A stretch of 64,000 nucleotides of DNA from contig OX597819.1 in assembly GCA_951406725.2 (NCBI GenBank), positions 17,050,001-17,114,000 of the forward strand. Reading direction: 5' to 3'. The notes under the pieces were generated by a model. That model searched no databases. It was not told the origin of the DNA and saw nothing but the letters and a program-made list of their open reading frames with translations. Both the position numbers and the translations under genes were made by a program. This DNA is from Octopus vulgaris. Its lineage: Eukaryota. Position 1 is the first letter of the stretch; every line of letters begins with the position of its first letter. Shown here in pieces: positions 26,575 to 40,292 of this stretch.

Positions 26575-27960
26575 GTCAGAAAAGTTATAAAACTGTCTCA
26601 GGAACCGAAAGTTTCGTGCGTGGCCATTATCAGAAAGTCTCCTTGCATGCAGTAAACTTCCCAAAGTGTGGAAAGAAGGCATATGCCATATCCACAAAGG
26701 ATGAAGCAGAGCGGGGTGCTAAAAATTACAGACCTATCTATCTGACCTTACATGTGAGCAAGGTCATGGAACGCATAATTAAAAAGAAGTTGATCATATA
26801 CTTAGAATAAAATAAATTGCTCACAAACATGCAACATGGGGCTTCCTCCCAGAGAGGAGTTGCCTCACTCAACTACTGGAGTATTACTACCAAATACTGA
26901 AACAACAGCCCAATCCCTCAAAGGTAGATGTGATATATCTCGACTTTGCCGAGGCTTTCGACAAAGCTGATTATAGGATATGTCACAAATTCCTGACTTT
27001 GGTATCGCTTGAAAATTCGGAGAGTTGTTGCATGGATTTTTAAAGGGCACAAGCCAAACAGCTGCAACCAGTGGTGCTCTCTTTGAGGAGGCATCAATTC
27101 TCAGCTGTGTCGCTTGGGAAGCTGTTCGGGATCAACCACTGTTTGTAGTGGCTCTTACTCAAGATATGTCCTCACCACACAGTCAGCTACTTTCATCAGC
27201 TGTGCTGATGATAAAAAAAAAAGTCTCGTAGGCAGTGAAGGACTCTGATGAATCCTGAAACTACAGAAAGCCTTGAATGCAATATACAAGTGGGCCGATG
27301 AAAATAACATCCAGTTCAATGCTGAGAAGTTTTTCTAGCATTCTACTGTCGACCTACAAACAGACTACAATCGGATTACGCAGGACCTAGGGATAGGGTA
27401 ATTCCAGAGTCAGAGTCGGTGCGTAATCTGGGATCCCACATGTGTAATGATACAGATTTCCATGTGCGTATTACCAAGTTAGCAACACTGTACAATGAGT
27501 GGGTGGAGGCGCAATGGCCCAGTGGTTAGGGCAGCGGACTCGCGGTCATAGGATCGCGGTTTCGATTCCCAGACCGGGCGTTGCGAGTGTTTATTGACCA
27601 AAAGTACCTAAAAGCTCCACGAGGCTCAGACAGGGATGGTGGTGATCCCTGCTGTACTCTTTCACCACAACTTTCTCTCACTCTTACTTCCTGTTTCTAT
27701 TGTACCTGTATTTCAAGGGGCCGGCCTTGTCACTCTCTGTGTCACGCCGAATATCCCCGAGAACTACGTTAAGGGTGCACGTGTCTGTGGAGTGCTCAGC
27801 CACTTACACGTTAATTTCACGAGCAGGCTGTTCCGTTCATTCGGATCAACCGGAACCCTCATCGTCGTAACCGACGGCGTGCTTCCAAAAGCAGGTGAGT
27901 GGCTGGTTGGATTCCGAGATCATCCAGAACCAGGAAAAAGGATAACTTGAGTACGTTTCT
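26575..27960 (+). mobile_element. CR1/L2-group LINE reverse-transcriptase fragment, interrupted by a SINE
   Basis: AKNYRPIYLTLHVSKVMERII..QHG..SCLTQLL..DVIYLDFAEAFDK..CADD..YKWADENNIQFNAEK, with many lesions. Confidence 0.9.
27505..27887 (+). mobile_element. tRNA-derived SINE, family C, nested in the CR1
   Basis: Close match to 17807-18182; TGAGTGG on both flanks is a possible TSD. Confidence 0.92.
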
Positions 27961-28359
27961 CATGATATTGAATGCTATTTCAAGCGATATCCCTTGTTGA
28001 AAGCTACGTTAAGTTCAAGTTTACAGCGAAAAAGAAAAGTCCACTCACCGAAAACAGAAATTAAAAAAAAAAAAAAAAACAGTACCAAAGCAACACCGGC
28101 CGATAGCATCTTTCAATATAGTCACTGCAGCTAGGGCTGGCTCTCCTGTGTTGATTCTCAACATTCGTTGTTCTACTAATACAGACTAACGCCAAGGTTG
28201 TCAGGGTCACAAGTGGCCGCTTGCACAACTTTTTAAACGTTACATTTTTTAATTTTAGTATTATATGGGTTTTTTGTTCATATTAAATTTTTAGTTTTAG
28301 TTTAAGGCGAGAATAATTTTGAATATCATTAGATTATCGACACGTGATCATGCTCATGA

Positions 28360-28871
28360 TAAAGGTGACTGTTATAGTGTTGGTGGTAGTAATGGTAATG
28401 ATAATTGTGTTGGTTGTGGTAGTAGTTTTGGTTGTAATGGTGATGATGGTAATGGAATAGCGTTGTTGTTGTTGGTGGTTAGGGATGATAGTTCTGATGC
28501 TAGTGATGATACGGGTGGTAGTGTTGATAGTGGTAGTAACAGTGGTTTTCATGGCATCGGTGCTAATGGTGGTAGTGGTGGTTTGGAAGATAGTATGGTA
28601 GAGTGATGGTAGTTGTGATGATATTGGTGGCAATGGTGATAGGTTGTGATGGTTGTGATGATAATAGAGGTAGCAGTAGCAAAAGTGGTTCCGATGATGG
28701 AAGTTGTGGTTGTGATAGTAGTAGAGGTAGTGGTGGTGAATGCGATGGTAGTGGTGGGGTGGGGTGGGGGTGGGGGTTACCATGATATTGATGAGGTTGA
28801 TAGCGGCAGGATTGGTATTGGTTATGATAATGGTGATGACAACGACGACCGTTATGATGACGGTGATGATA

Positions 28872-28905
<34 letters not shown>

Positions 28906-29100
28906 CGATGATGATGATGATGATGATGGCGATGATGATGATTAAGCTTCTTATGGTCATGGAATTGGAGGTGACGCTATCGGTAGTGACAATGGCTGGC
29001 GATATACGCAATGTTGGGATAGTGATGATTGTTTTGACAGTGATGTTCATGGTTGTGGTGGAAGTGGTATGGGTGGTGATCGGAGCGGTGGTTATGATAA
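28360..29100. repeat. GGT/GAT low-complexity region with a (GAT)n core at ~28865-28942
   Basis: Direct inspection. Confidence 0.85.
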
Positions 29101-29473
29101 TAAAGGAGAGTAGGAAGAGGCAGAGAATTGTGAAGGAGGAGAGGGTAGCATTGAAAATAACATTGTCGCCACGGAATAAATCTAGTTGTGTAGACATGAA
29201 AACTGCTTGACATTATAGAGGCCGACCTGAATGGAATCTCCCGGTGAGAATGATGGTGACACACAGACAGAAACACATATTCACACATCAACACACACAC
29301 ATACACATGTATACAGACACACACAATCATCAATTGTCTTTCTCTGTGTGCGTGTAAATATGTATGTAATATATATATATATCCAAGTACACATAGACAT
29401 ATATATATATCTATCTATATACATATATATAATATATCTATCTATCTATGGATATATATATATGTATATGTAC

Positions 29474-29513
<40 letters not shown>

Positions 29514-29733
29514 GCATACAAATACACATACAAATACATATGTGTAGGTACCAATGTGTGTTTCTGTGATTGTGTGCGTTTATGAGAGTAGATATAGGTG
29601 TGCTTGCACTAAGCTTGAAGTATTTTGTTTTTTTACCTGTGGAACATATTTCTCACACCTGACATTTAAAATTGGGGACAGGAGACGTCAGATACTATAA
29701 TATAGCTTGTAAGTGTTTGCATTTCCATACATG

Positions 29734-29772
<39 letters not shown>

Positions 29773-30009
29773 TGGTGTGTGCATGTGTGCGTATGTATGT
29801 ACACATACACGCACACCCATTTATCCATGCACACATACATTCATTTGTAGACAAGAAACAAGATATTATTTTACCTCTTCTCCCCCTTTCAATTGTAACA
29901 ATTTATTAAGGGAATGACCAGACATGGTTCTTAGAAAAGCGAACACTCTCTTAGTCACATAGATTCCACTATTTAATTAGGTACGAGAATACTTAATGTA
30001 AAAGTAAAT

Positions 30010-30200
30010 GGATCATCGTCATCTCGACGATGAATACTCCAATGGTTCGATCAACTGAACGATCTACTCCTTGATTAAGAGTGTAAAGTGGCTGAATAAA
30101 ACAAAGTCCCGCGTACAAAGTCCTCTGTGCCTTAACATGAAATATCAGACAGACTCGGCATGACTAAGTATATGGTAAGACAACACCTTTGAAATACACG
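30010..30200 (-). mobile_element. Old degenerate 3' part of SINE family C
   Basis: Reverse complement TGTATTTCAAAGG..TCAGCCACTT..GTTGATCG..TCATCGTCG aligns by eye with 18003-18175. Confidence 0.5.
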
Positions 30201-30934
30201 TGTCGTACATCCAATGATATTCCAAACAATTTCCTTTTACATACTTTCGTTCACAATATTTAGTTCGACACAAAATTATAGTAAGACAGATGAAATAGCA
30301 CGCATTGGTATCGAACACCGGACCATGTGATTACGAAGCTACAGATTGTCCATTAATTATGCATATAGTTAAAGTACAAGAATGTAAAAAAAGTGTAGTT
30401 AATTAAAGCTGTACCTATAGAAAGTTCACTTGCTTAATGTTTCGATTTTTCATTAAAAATGCAGAGAAGACTGCTTATGAATTCAAATTTAACTAAACTT
30501 TCTTATAAACTGAATATGTGCTTACCGTAGTGAGTTTCATTTTCGACAAGTGTGGCGACAATTGCTGATGTTTCGGCCTTATTTGACCTCATTAATGTGG
30601 AATGGTTTAATTAGTGCTAAAAGACTGATTGATAGTACATTTTTTATGTGGTTAAATAGTGATGGGCTACGTGTATGCGCGTGTGTGTGTGTGTGTGTGT
30701 ATTCAACTTCTTGGCCCTGGAACCTTGACAACTGAAGGATTCTCATTTCCTTTCATCAAGAGAAGAGAGACCTAGAAATTAGTACACGTGTATAAGCAAA
30801 CGCAGCCGAACAATCGCAACTAGGCATACGCACAGTCGTATAAACTCAAAGCGTTCTAAAAGGCAATGCTTCTAATAGCGTTGTGATATGCAACGTATCT
30901 AATAGCGAACGTGTGCAGACAATGCAATATACAC

Positions 30935-30965
30935 ACACCACACCACGCCACACACATAAAACACG

Positions 30966-31022
<57 letters not shown>

Positions 31023-31115
31023 ACACACATACACACAGAGAGAAACACACACATACACACACACACACAGAGAAACACACACAGAAACACACACATGCAT
31101 ACACACACACATACG
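30935..31115. repeat. (CA)n-rich microsatellite
   Basis: Direct inspection. Confidence 0.9.
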
Positions 31116-31524
31116 TGCAATCGCGCACCTACTCATGCAAACACAAGACATATAAACGCATAGACAAGAGAGATAGACAAAACACATAAAGAAGACATAA
31201 AAACATGGCATTTTGTGAACTGAAACCATATTGAGGAATGTCTAGAAACCATGAACAGCTATTCCACCTGAGCGTCAGTTTTATTTCTTGTTTATGTGGA
31301 TATTATACATTATATGTATGTACTTTAAATCTATTATTTCTTTTTATCTTAGATAAAGATTTTAATACAAATTTCGTGGTTTTTTCACTCACTGATAGAC
31401 TTTTTTGTTATTGAAATATTATTATAGTATTTACATTAATTTCTTTCATATTTTACTTTTGAATTTTCGCATTCTTTTTCTACACATCTTGCTTCAAATA
31501 CTTTAGCGCACAACATTAAATTAA

Positions 31525-31630
31525 GACTTCGACGCCTCGACTGTTCGAAGACCCGGCTTCTTGACGTGACGTCACTTCCGTTCGTTTCCGGTCCTCTCGT
31601 CCTCGTCGCTCCCTTTGTTTCCCCATGCGT
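31525..31630. promoter_or_regulatory. CpG-rich island with an overlapping ETS-CRE composite motif (candidate promoter)
   Basis: GTGACGTCACTTCCG at 31566-31580 (reverse complement CGGAAGTGACGTCAC), an extra TGACG half site and TTTCCGG, in a CpG-dense patch within AT-rich DNA. Confidence 0.4.
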
Positions 31631-31871
31631 TCTTATTTGTATGTATTAATATCGTCATGAATACAATAAACATGAAGACAATATAATGTCTGTCTGTATA
31701 TGTATATTACGTCCCTGTTTTGAAGTTTATATCGCTTAAATCCCTGTGGTGTTGCTCATTCCAGTTACTCAGTCGACAAAGCAATGTCGAATAAAAGTAA
31801 ATATCAGACTTAAATGCATCTGTCCCTGTATACACACATTCATACATGCATACATGCATGCATAAATACAA

Positions 31872-31934
<63 letters not shown>

Positions 31935-32739
31935 GATTTCAACATTTAGAGTAGAAATCCGAAACAAATACATTCTGACCTGGATTCCCAAGTTCGCTCT
32001 TAGCAATTTGTATACAAGCTTAGTGCTTTATTTCTGTGGCAGTGAGGGTCTCCAACAAACGTTAAATTAATGTTATTATAACAATAACAAATGGTTGAAT
32101 TTCCATGAGATTTTGCACCAACAGTTTGCTGTTAATGCTTTTTAAAATTTACTATGTTTCCAGTTGCTATGTTACTAGAAAGTTTAATGAATGAAAGTTG
32201 TTTTTTTAAAGCAACTTATTTCTGCTGATACCCTTCTGTTTAACAAGCTGCATTTAGTGGTGTCGAACATAGACTATAATCCAGAAATTAGTGGGGTTGT
32301 GACTTCAAGTCGGTCTAGACAACATATAAAACTAGATTTGGATGTAATGGTGATTTCTTTCTCAGATTTCTAGCAAATTCAGTCACCCATCTCCACCAAA
32401 TGCAAAATTATCTCTCAGCGCGTTACCTACAAGGATGCCGTTACTGCGCTAAATACGAATTCATTCATTGACGGGTTAAATTGATGATCAGTGAAGCAAC
32501 GCAGGATTTTTCTCAAATCATTTACCAAATTTATATTATTTTTACGAAATTATGTTAGTTAAACTCCGAGATTGTGTTTATTCAATCATACATAAATAGA
32601 ATGCCCATAGAGGACGTGATCGGGTGGGTAAAAAAAAATGGGGTTTATAAATGAAGACTTTTAATACGTTACTAATAAATTCAAGCTTACTTGCTGCCTA
32701 ACTGAGGCAAGTTAACAAAACGCCTCCTTAAAAGATATT

Positions 32740-33105
32740 CACAACTTTCGTAACTTTTACCATTGTGTTTCGTTATATTCTGGAGACAAAGTATTTATCA
32801 CTTCCGAGGCAGACAGAAAATTGTGCCAGTTCAAAAGTCTTAGCTTGTTTTACAAGCGATGCTATTGTATTCCAACGGATTACAGAAATTCCTATTCGCG
32901 AAAACGAGTGGGATGGCATAGACACCTATTTAGATGACGTCTTCATATGTTAATGCCAAAGATGAAGATAAAGATTTATGTAAATTGTGAAAAGGTGTGG
33001 GTAAGTCTGCTATATCACTGAATAACATTAAATGTAAATTCTTAAATACATTCATCTCCAATCTTGGTTATCAGAATTGCCCTAATGAAATGCATCCTCA
33101 CACAC
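32740..33105 (+). mobile_element. Gypsy/Ty3 LTR-retrotransposon RT relic
   Basis: SGDKVFITSEADRKLCQFK / AIVFQRITE..DGIDTYLDDVFIC..SLNNIKCKF..LGY: YLDD box with Gypsy-like flanking motifs. Confidence 0.65.
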
Positions 33106-33231
33106 ACTACTGAACAATCCTTATCTCTTGTAACTCAACCAAACCATATATACCATATATAAATGCATACACACACATGTGCCAGTATACACACCTATAT
33201 ATATATATATATTTGGTTGATACATATTATA

Positions 33232-33308
<77 letters not shown>

Positions 33309-33355
33309 ACAATATGTGTGTTATATTTCAATTTATATGTATATGTATGTATGTA

Positions 33356-33425
<70 letters not shown>

Positions 33426-34269
33426 AAAATCCATGTAGGAGCGGTGTCATGATTTAATTGGTGAAGTGACATCATACCTGAGTTAATACTTGCTACAAGA
33501 ACTTGTTGGTGTTAACATGTTATAGTTATTGGGTTGTTAAAATATTTTATGAGTTTGTGTTAGCCATTGGTAAGAAAATTCCTCACAAAAATTGACAAAC
33601 ATTGATTGAAGCAATACTTATAACGGTGAGATGATAACACATACAGCATACTTTAGTCACAATAAAACGTAAACAAGTGACTGACGATTGAGAAAGCAGC
33701 CAAAACTTCAATTCTATTAATAATGTTTGCATGAATTACATAGATTATAAAGTGACAGTAACACACGCCAACATCATTTCGTTCTGAAAATGAGACTGAA
33801 TGTCTAGTAATGTTGAAATGGGATTTGGGTAATAATACTGTACAAAACAAACTACCAGGGACTCGTATGAAAATCTGAATGGAAAACTCTTGCTAAAGAT
33901 GATAAAACTAGAACAAAGTCGTGTGGAAGGGATACAACAGATTGAGACATCCGAAAAAAAGAATTCATACAACACAAAGTATATGTCGAAGTGACTTCTA
34001 AGATTTAATCGTAGCTATCGTCATCTGACTCTATTAGCTCTAATTTTCTTTTTCCTTTTTTCCCCCTTCCACTTTTTGCTTCTACCTTCTCGATTTTTCT
34101 CGTGATTCCTCTTGTCCCAGTATTCTCGTTGCCTTGTGCAGAAAGTTTCATAATTGCTTGGAGGCACAAGGCATGTTATAAAAAACTTGCCAAGATTCGT
34201 GTTTCTAATGCATGAAACTATTCGTAAGTCGTATTTTCATACTGTGTATATCAAAGCATATTTGTTTCT

Positions 34270-35200
34270 CATGCCCCAAAATTAAGCGGCTTTCATGACC
34301 ATATTTTCTATATCCCTGACACCAAACTCAAAACCAAATTAGCTAAGTTAGCAGCTCACAGTAATTCTGATACGACTAAAATTATCCCCTCCTTGAATTA
34401 TAAACTTATAAGAAAATCTGTTGCTAACCGTATTAGATTATATAATCGCAATGCCAGTAATCTTAATAAATATAGTCCATCTATATCTGAACACTCTAAT
34501 GGGGTAACACATTCTAAATCTAGGAAAAGGCAAATTATTTGTTTCACCACACCATTTGTTTCTCAGAGTCAAAAATCTATCAAAACAGTTCTTCAAAATT
34601 CTCAAACTAAATTTCCCAAAGCACCATAAATACTATCCTATATTTAATAAACATTTCTCTTACCCTGTCACACCTAATTGGGGTTCAATTATCGCATCTA
34701 CAAACAGAAATAAAATTCAACTCCAAACAACTAAAAGCGTAGATCATTGTAGGATACCCCATACGAGTCCAAGTAATATTAATAAAACAAAAATTATAGA
34801 TAGAAACGCAAAAACGTGTAAATGTAAGGCCCCCTGAATTATGTCCGCTTGCGGGTTTATATCTATGCAAAAAGGTAATCTATAAGTGTACAGTGACAAG
34901 CGATAAACATCAAGCTAGGGTATACATAGGAAGCACAAAAGGCTTCAAAAAACGAAATTCCTTTAATAAGTTAAAACATAAAAATTCTACGGCGTTAGCC
35001 AGCTACATATACAACTTGAAATTTCTGAGCAATCATCAATGAGGCCTCACCATACAATACGATTACTGACAGATGTCGATTGTGCATAAAAAGAATCGTA
35101 CATTATCCTTCGTATGTTTAATTCCAGTGCTTCAAATAAGTTTTCTGATGCTATTCATTCCTGCAATCATAGATACAATTCAACTTTCATGAGACGATTC
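34270..35200 (+). mobile_element. Penelope-like element (Neptune-like) 3' fragment with GIY-YIG endonuclease
   Basis: RKRQIICFTTPF..FFKILKLNFPKHHKYYPIFNK..CKCK..CPLAG..VIYKCTV..VYIGST..KNSTALASYI..CRLC, with frameshifts. Confidence 0.85.
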
Positions 35201-35868
35201 AAATTCGAACCCCCTTAGCAATATTTTCGGTTGCACAACAATATATCGCCAGTAAAGTCAGTAAACAATCTAATTTTTCTCCCATCAGCCATCATAAAAT
35301 CTTCCATAATTTGCATAGCCTTATCCGCTCTTCTATAAAGCATAAAATTATCTTATACCTTGTAACTGACTAAATCCATATCTAGCTTAAACACTATTTC
35401 CCCCTAATGGTGGGTACCTTCTTTGGATATGGATCTTAAGATTCACATGTAATCTGCACGAATGTACTCCTGAAACGATCGTTGGAACACCTTATTTTCC
35501 TCTAACATATTACCCCAAACTCTTTCTAATGCCTATTACTTTTTCTATATTATATTTTGAATTTTCTAAAAACCTCTTTTTTCTATCTTTCGTTATTTTT
35601 TATCTATATTCCATTATTATTATGTTTACATATCTATATATCTATATGTCCATGTATATTTTTAGAATTCATATATTTTTGTATTTCTATATTTTTATAT
35701 TTCTAATATATCAATATATGTTTCAGATTGGACTAATTAAATGCGTATATGTATGTGTTAATCGTAGCCTGCCCGATTTGAAACTTTTTCAATTGTATCT
35801 ATTATACTTGTCAAGCGCCTTTGGTTCAACTTGAACACTTCTACGTTAGTTATGTTTTTCGAAAGAAA

Positions 35869-35928
<60 letters not shown>

Positions 35929-36025
35929 ATCACGTGACCGACCAGACTATCAGATGTTGCTACACATCGCTGGTCACAATGCGCTTCGCATTGTTTTAGC
36001 CTTCAAATGACGCCACCTCGCTGGC

Positions 36026-36070
<45 letters not shown>

Positions 36071-36236
36071 GGAGAGAGCGGAAGAGAGAGGAGTGAGAGA
36101 GAAGAATACCGTACTATTCAACTATATATATGCACGCTAGTAAGCACGTATGTATGTGTATGTATATATATACACATATAGTTTATATATATATATGTGT
36201 GTGTGTGTATGCTTATGTCTCTCTCTCTCTCTCTCT

Positions 36237-36280
<44 letters not shown>

Positions 36281-36532
36281 TTGGAATGGAAAGAGATCGC
36301 TCTTTCACAGGGATGTATTTCATCCAAGCGTACTCCTGTTTATTTCTATATTGGTTAATTTTCCTGGAATTTGTTAATTTGTGTTAGAATTAGTGTTTAT
36401 TGATGGTTATTTTTTTTATAGATGTTTTTATATATCCGATATAGGAGAACAAAATTAAATAATATAACATACAGAAAATGGAGAGTGTGAACACAGAAAG
36501 ATCAATTTATTTATACAATAGTAAATTTCATG

Positions 36533-36622
36533 TTGCCTCCGCACGTTTCAATTCCCACCTTCATTCATATTTTACAATTAAAATTGTATTATGAATTTAA
36601 GGTAAAGATCTCTTCAGGGCAA
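36533..36622 (-). ncRNA. Type-I hammerhead motif, cleavage triplet mutated
   Basis: TTGCC-CTGAAGA-(long AT-rich stem II)-GAAAC-GTGC-GGA-GGCAA; stem I TTGCC/GGCAA, with GGA where GUH is required. Confidence 0.55.
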
Positions 36623-36947
36623 AATTGACATATATTCTTTTGTATTAATTTACATCGTAATTGATGGAGAGCTACTAACATACTGAATAGCAGCTTATGT
36701 ATGTGTGTTTGTGTGTCAGAATGTGTATCTTTGGATTTCATTCTAAAAATAGATAGAGGTTTAACTACGACCTTAGCGGACATCCGTTGTCCACTATGGT
36801 CGTAGTTTAACCTCTAGCTATCTTTAGAAAAAAGGTGTATATAAATACATATGAATGTATGTCAATTTTGCCCTGAAGAGATATTTACGCTTTAAATTCA
36901 TAATGCAATTTTAATTATGAAATATGAATGAAGGTGTGAATTGAAAC
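36533..36947. mobile_element. Head-to-head fold-back element with a hammerhead motif in each arm
   Basis: 36544-36636 is inverted relative to 36854-36947. Central hairpin AGAGGTTTAACTACGACC..GGACA-TCCGT-TGTCC..GGTCGTAGTTTAACCTCT centred near 36785. Confidence 0.7.
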
Positions 36948-37669
36948 CTGATTATTGTTCTAAGAGAACAACAATCAGGTGAAAGGAATGATTGTACATG
37001 CAATAGATGAACCATCTTGAAGAACCACATAGTAAAGTTCTGAATGTATAATTTCAGATTTAAATATATTTTAACGATTATAAGGTTGTCTATTGAATTC
37101 CGTCATGTGTTTGTATGTGTGTGTGGTGGGGTAATATATACATATATTTGTGTCTAAATAAAATGTTAGGCGAGTGCAGAGCGTGATATGAAATTAAATA
37201 AATGAGAAGGGAACAGGAATTACATAATCAACTGCGTTGGTTTAAAGTGTTTAAATGTTTTCCCAAATAAAACATGCACCACATATTAAAGGCTCCGGAA
37301 AAGCTACAAGGTGATGCCTCAGCACTCGGTTCTAGGTTCCTCCTATGCCCTCGCACCCCTGACACCCCAGTTTTGTTGATTAACGATTGCTCGGCACATC
37401 CCTAGACTCCCTTCTTCCCAGCTGCTTGTTCTGCTGTGATGATGTTATTGGTTTTACAATGGTCCTGGAGGAAGAGGTTTAAACATGCTGTATATATCCT
37501 TCCTATACATTAACTGATTACTCTCAAACAGGAGCTTGAGGGTAATCAGTTTGCATGTGAGTGTCCTCCTTTTGCTGTCTCCATGCATGTGTGTGTGTAT
37601 ATATGTATATAGTATTTGCACTTGCTGGGTTTCTGGAGGAAATGCCTGTGATAATCGTAGGCCCTGCTA

Positions 37670-38230
37670 AACAGCTGAAGTTAATGTCATTAATGTTCCT
37701 CTTCAATTTTTGTAAGACCTGTGTGAAAGACATGAGTAAAACGGACAATGTTCTAAGAAAGATTCGTTGTTGAAAGGAGGATGAACAAGTAAAACGGGAA
37801 TACCCTTATGAGGCTCGGAAGAGTACAACTAGCTTTGAGGAACAAAGGTTATTATAATAGCGACGCATAAATGTGGTAGAAGAGATAATACGCCCGTGGA
37901 TAAGAATCTGGCTCGTATCTGGGAGTACTTTTTGTCAGTCAGTCGGATGGCACTTTCCTGGGTGCAGTCAAGGATGTTTGTCTGCACTGCAACAGCATCC
38001 TTCCACATAACATTGTAATATCCCATCGTGGGCCTTGCCTCATCTTTGCAAGATATCAATAATTATTGGGAGACTGCAACATTTTCTGACTCTGAAGGGA
38101 AGGTCGCGTCTTAATTGTGAGAAGTTCTCTGTGTTGGAGAAACCCAAAATTTGAGAGGTTTTTTTAAATATAAATTTGATTAAAGTGAAGTGGAAGAGAA
38201 TAGCGACGATGTTTGCTTGATATGAGTAGC
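37670..38230 (-). mobile_element. L2/CR1-group LINE 3' end
   Basis: RPTMGYYNVMW..TNILDCTQESAIRL / HGRIISSTTFMRRYYNNLCSSKL..QKLKRNINDIN. Confidence 0.7.
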
Positions 38231-38321
38231 TCATATTTTTTTTTTCGCTGTTATGTATCTGTCATAGATAAACGTCATAGAGGATCTCTACATTTAACCC
38301 CTTGATGATTACATTATCTAG

Positions 38322-38532
38322 GTTTCAATTGTTCGCACAAGGACAGGAATTTCGAGGGAGAGGGATAAGTCGTTTACATCGATTCAAGTGTTCGACTGAT
38401 ACTTATCGACCCCGAACGGATAAACGGCAAAGTCGAATTCGGCGGAATTTGAACTCAGGACATAAAAGACAGAGGAGATTCTCCAAAGCAATTTCCCCAA
38501 CGCGGTAACCATTCTGCCAGCAGGCCACCTCG
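38322..38532 (-). mobile_element. SINE family B, older copy, ~19-bp TSD
   Basis: Homologous body; flanks TGATGATTACATTATCTAG (38303-38321) and TGATGACTACATTAACTAG (38533-38551). Confidence 0.85.
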
Positions 38533-39232
38533 TGATGACTACATTAACTAGACTAGATTTTAAATTCTTACGGCAAATATAATCCGAAATGTGTTATTCG
38601 ATTACAGTTTTGAACATAATGAACTACAGTGCTCCAGTGGAATTACTGGTACTATTGAAACCACATGCATATAAAATGGCTTGTGTTGGTTTTTCGATAT
38701 AGATTCTAATGAAAAGCAAAAGACTGGCTTCTAAAAGCGTAACACGACAACAGTTCGCTGCAGTGTACACACATACACACACACACACAAGCACGCACGC
38801 ACACGCACACACTCGCGCGCGCACACACACAGAGGTTTTTGAATACAAGCATATAGATAAAAATATACTTACATACATACATACATATTTATGTTTATAG
38901 CCATATGCATACCCAATATTATTTCCCACTCTATATTTTCTGTGCATATGAATATGTTGGCGTGTGCGTGTATTTATGAATGTAGGTATGTATATCTGTA
39001 AAGAAAAAGAGGCGAGATAAGAGTGATTGCTATTTGTTTAACTCTCAGAGAAATGAAAATGTTTCGCGCATACGTCCTTCATGGGAACGAGAAAGGTAGA
39101 ATAAAGAGAAAATAAAAGAACACACACGCACACACACACACACACACACGCAGATACACACACACATATATAAAAATATATATATATATCTATATCTATA
39201 TATATATATATATATATATATATGCATACATA

Positions 39233-39280
<48 letters not shown>

Positions 39281-39689
39281 ACATAATACATACATATATA
39301 TATATATATATGTTAAATATATATATATATATATATATGCATACACTGTATAATTAAGACTGGGTAAATACGGAAAACAAATACGTCCACGTCTTAAAGA
39401 AGCAGCCATCCTATGTAAATACAGTTTTATAAATATATACACTCACACACACAAGTATGTATGTATGCGTATATATATATATATGTACACACACACACAT
39501 ACACATATGTATAAAGAAAGAGAACGAGAGAGATAGAGAGAGAAATGCCGTGAGCTCAGTGCATTAACCTTAAAAACGGGTGACTGTATATGATATAATA
39601 TATAATATAGATAGATTGAGAGACAGATAGATAGATGTGTATGCATACATGCACATATGCATGTATGTATCTCTTTTAACCACATGGAG

Positions 39690-39960
39690 ATATTCGTTTC
39701 CAGGCCAGGGCGGCGCGTGTATCCTTGAGCAAGGCAAGCTTTTCGTGTTACTCCAATCTACCCCGTTTTAACTGAATACCAAATAAGTGCTGGCGCAGAC
39801 GGCTCTCCCTGGAGCTGTAACCACCTAAATGCTCCACTGGGTCAATGGAATGACGGCCGAAAGTGGGTCTATGTCTGTTGCCGATACATACACGTCTAAC
39901 ACAATTAGCGAAACCGTGTTACACGTTACAATGTTATACTCGCTTGCCAGTGACGCTTGA
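39690..39960 (+). mobile_element. Degenerate CORE-type SINE fragment
   Basis: GTGTATCCTTGAGCAAGGCA..CGTGTTACTCCAATC resembles the body of 60866-61189. Confidence 0.4.
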
Positions 39961-40223
39961 CAATTTTCGTGCACATATCTATCTACCTATGTACATATCT
40001 GTGTGTATGTGTATGTGTCTGTGAACGTACGTTTGCCTCAATTCACATACTTCAAAGGTGTTTAGTTACATTCTATTATACGAAAGATTTATGCGCCGTA
40101 AGTATAAACTGGCAAACGGTTATATATTTTTATATGAATATATAAGTATGTGATTATATAAATGTATCCACACCATATATGAATATGACTGTATATCAAC
40201 ATATACATCTAGTCGTATATATA

Positions 40224-40292
<69 letters not shown>

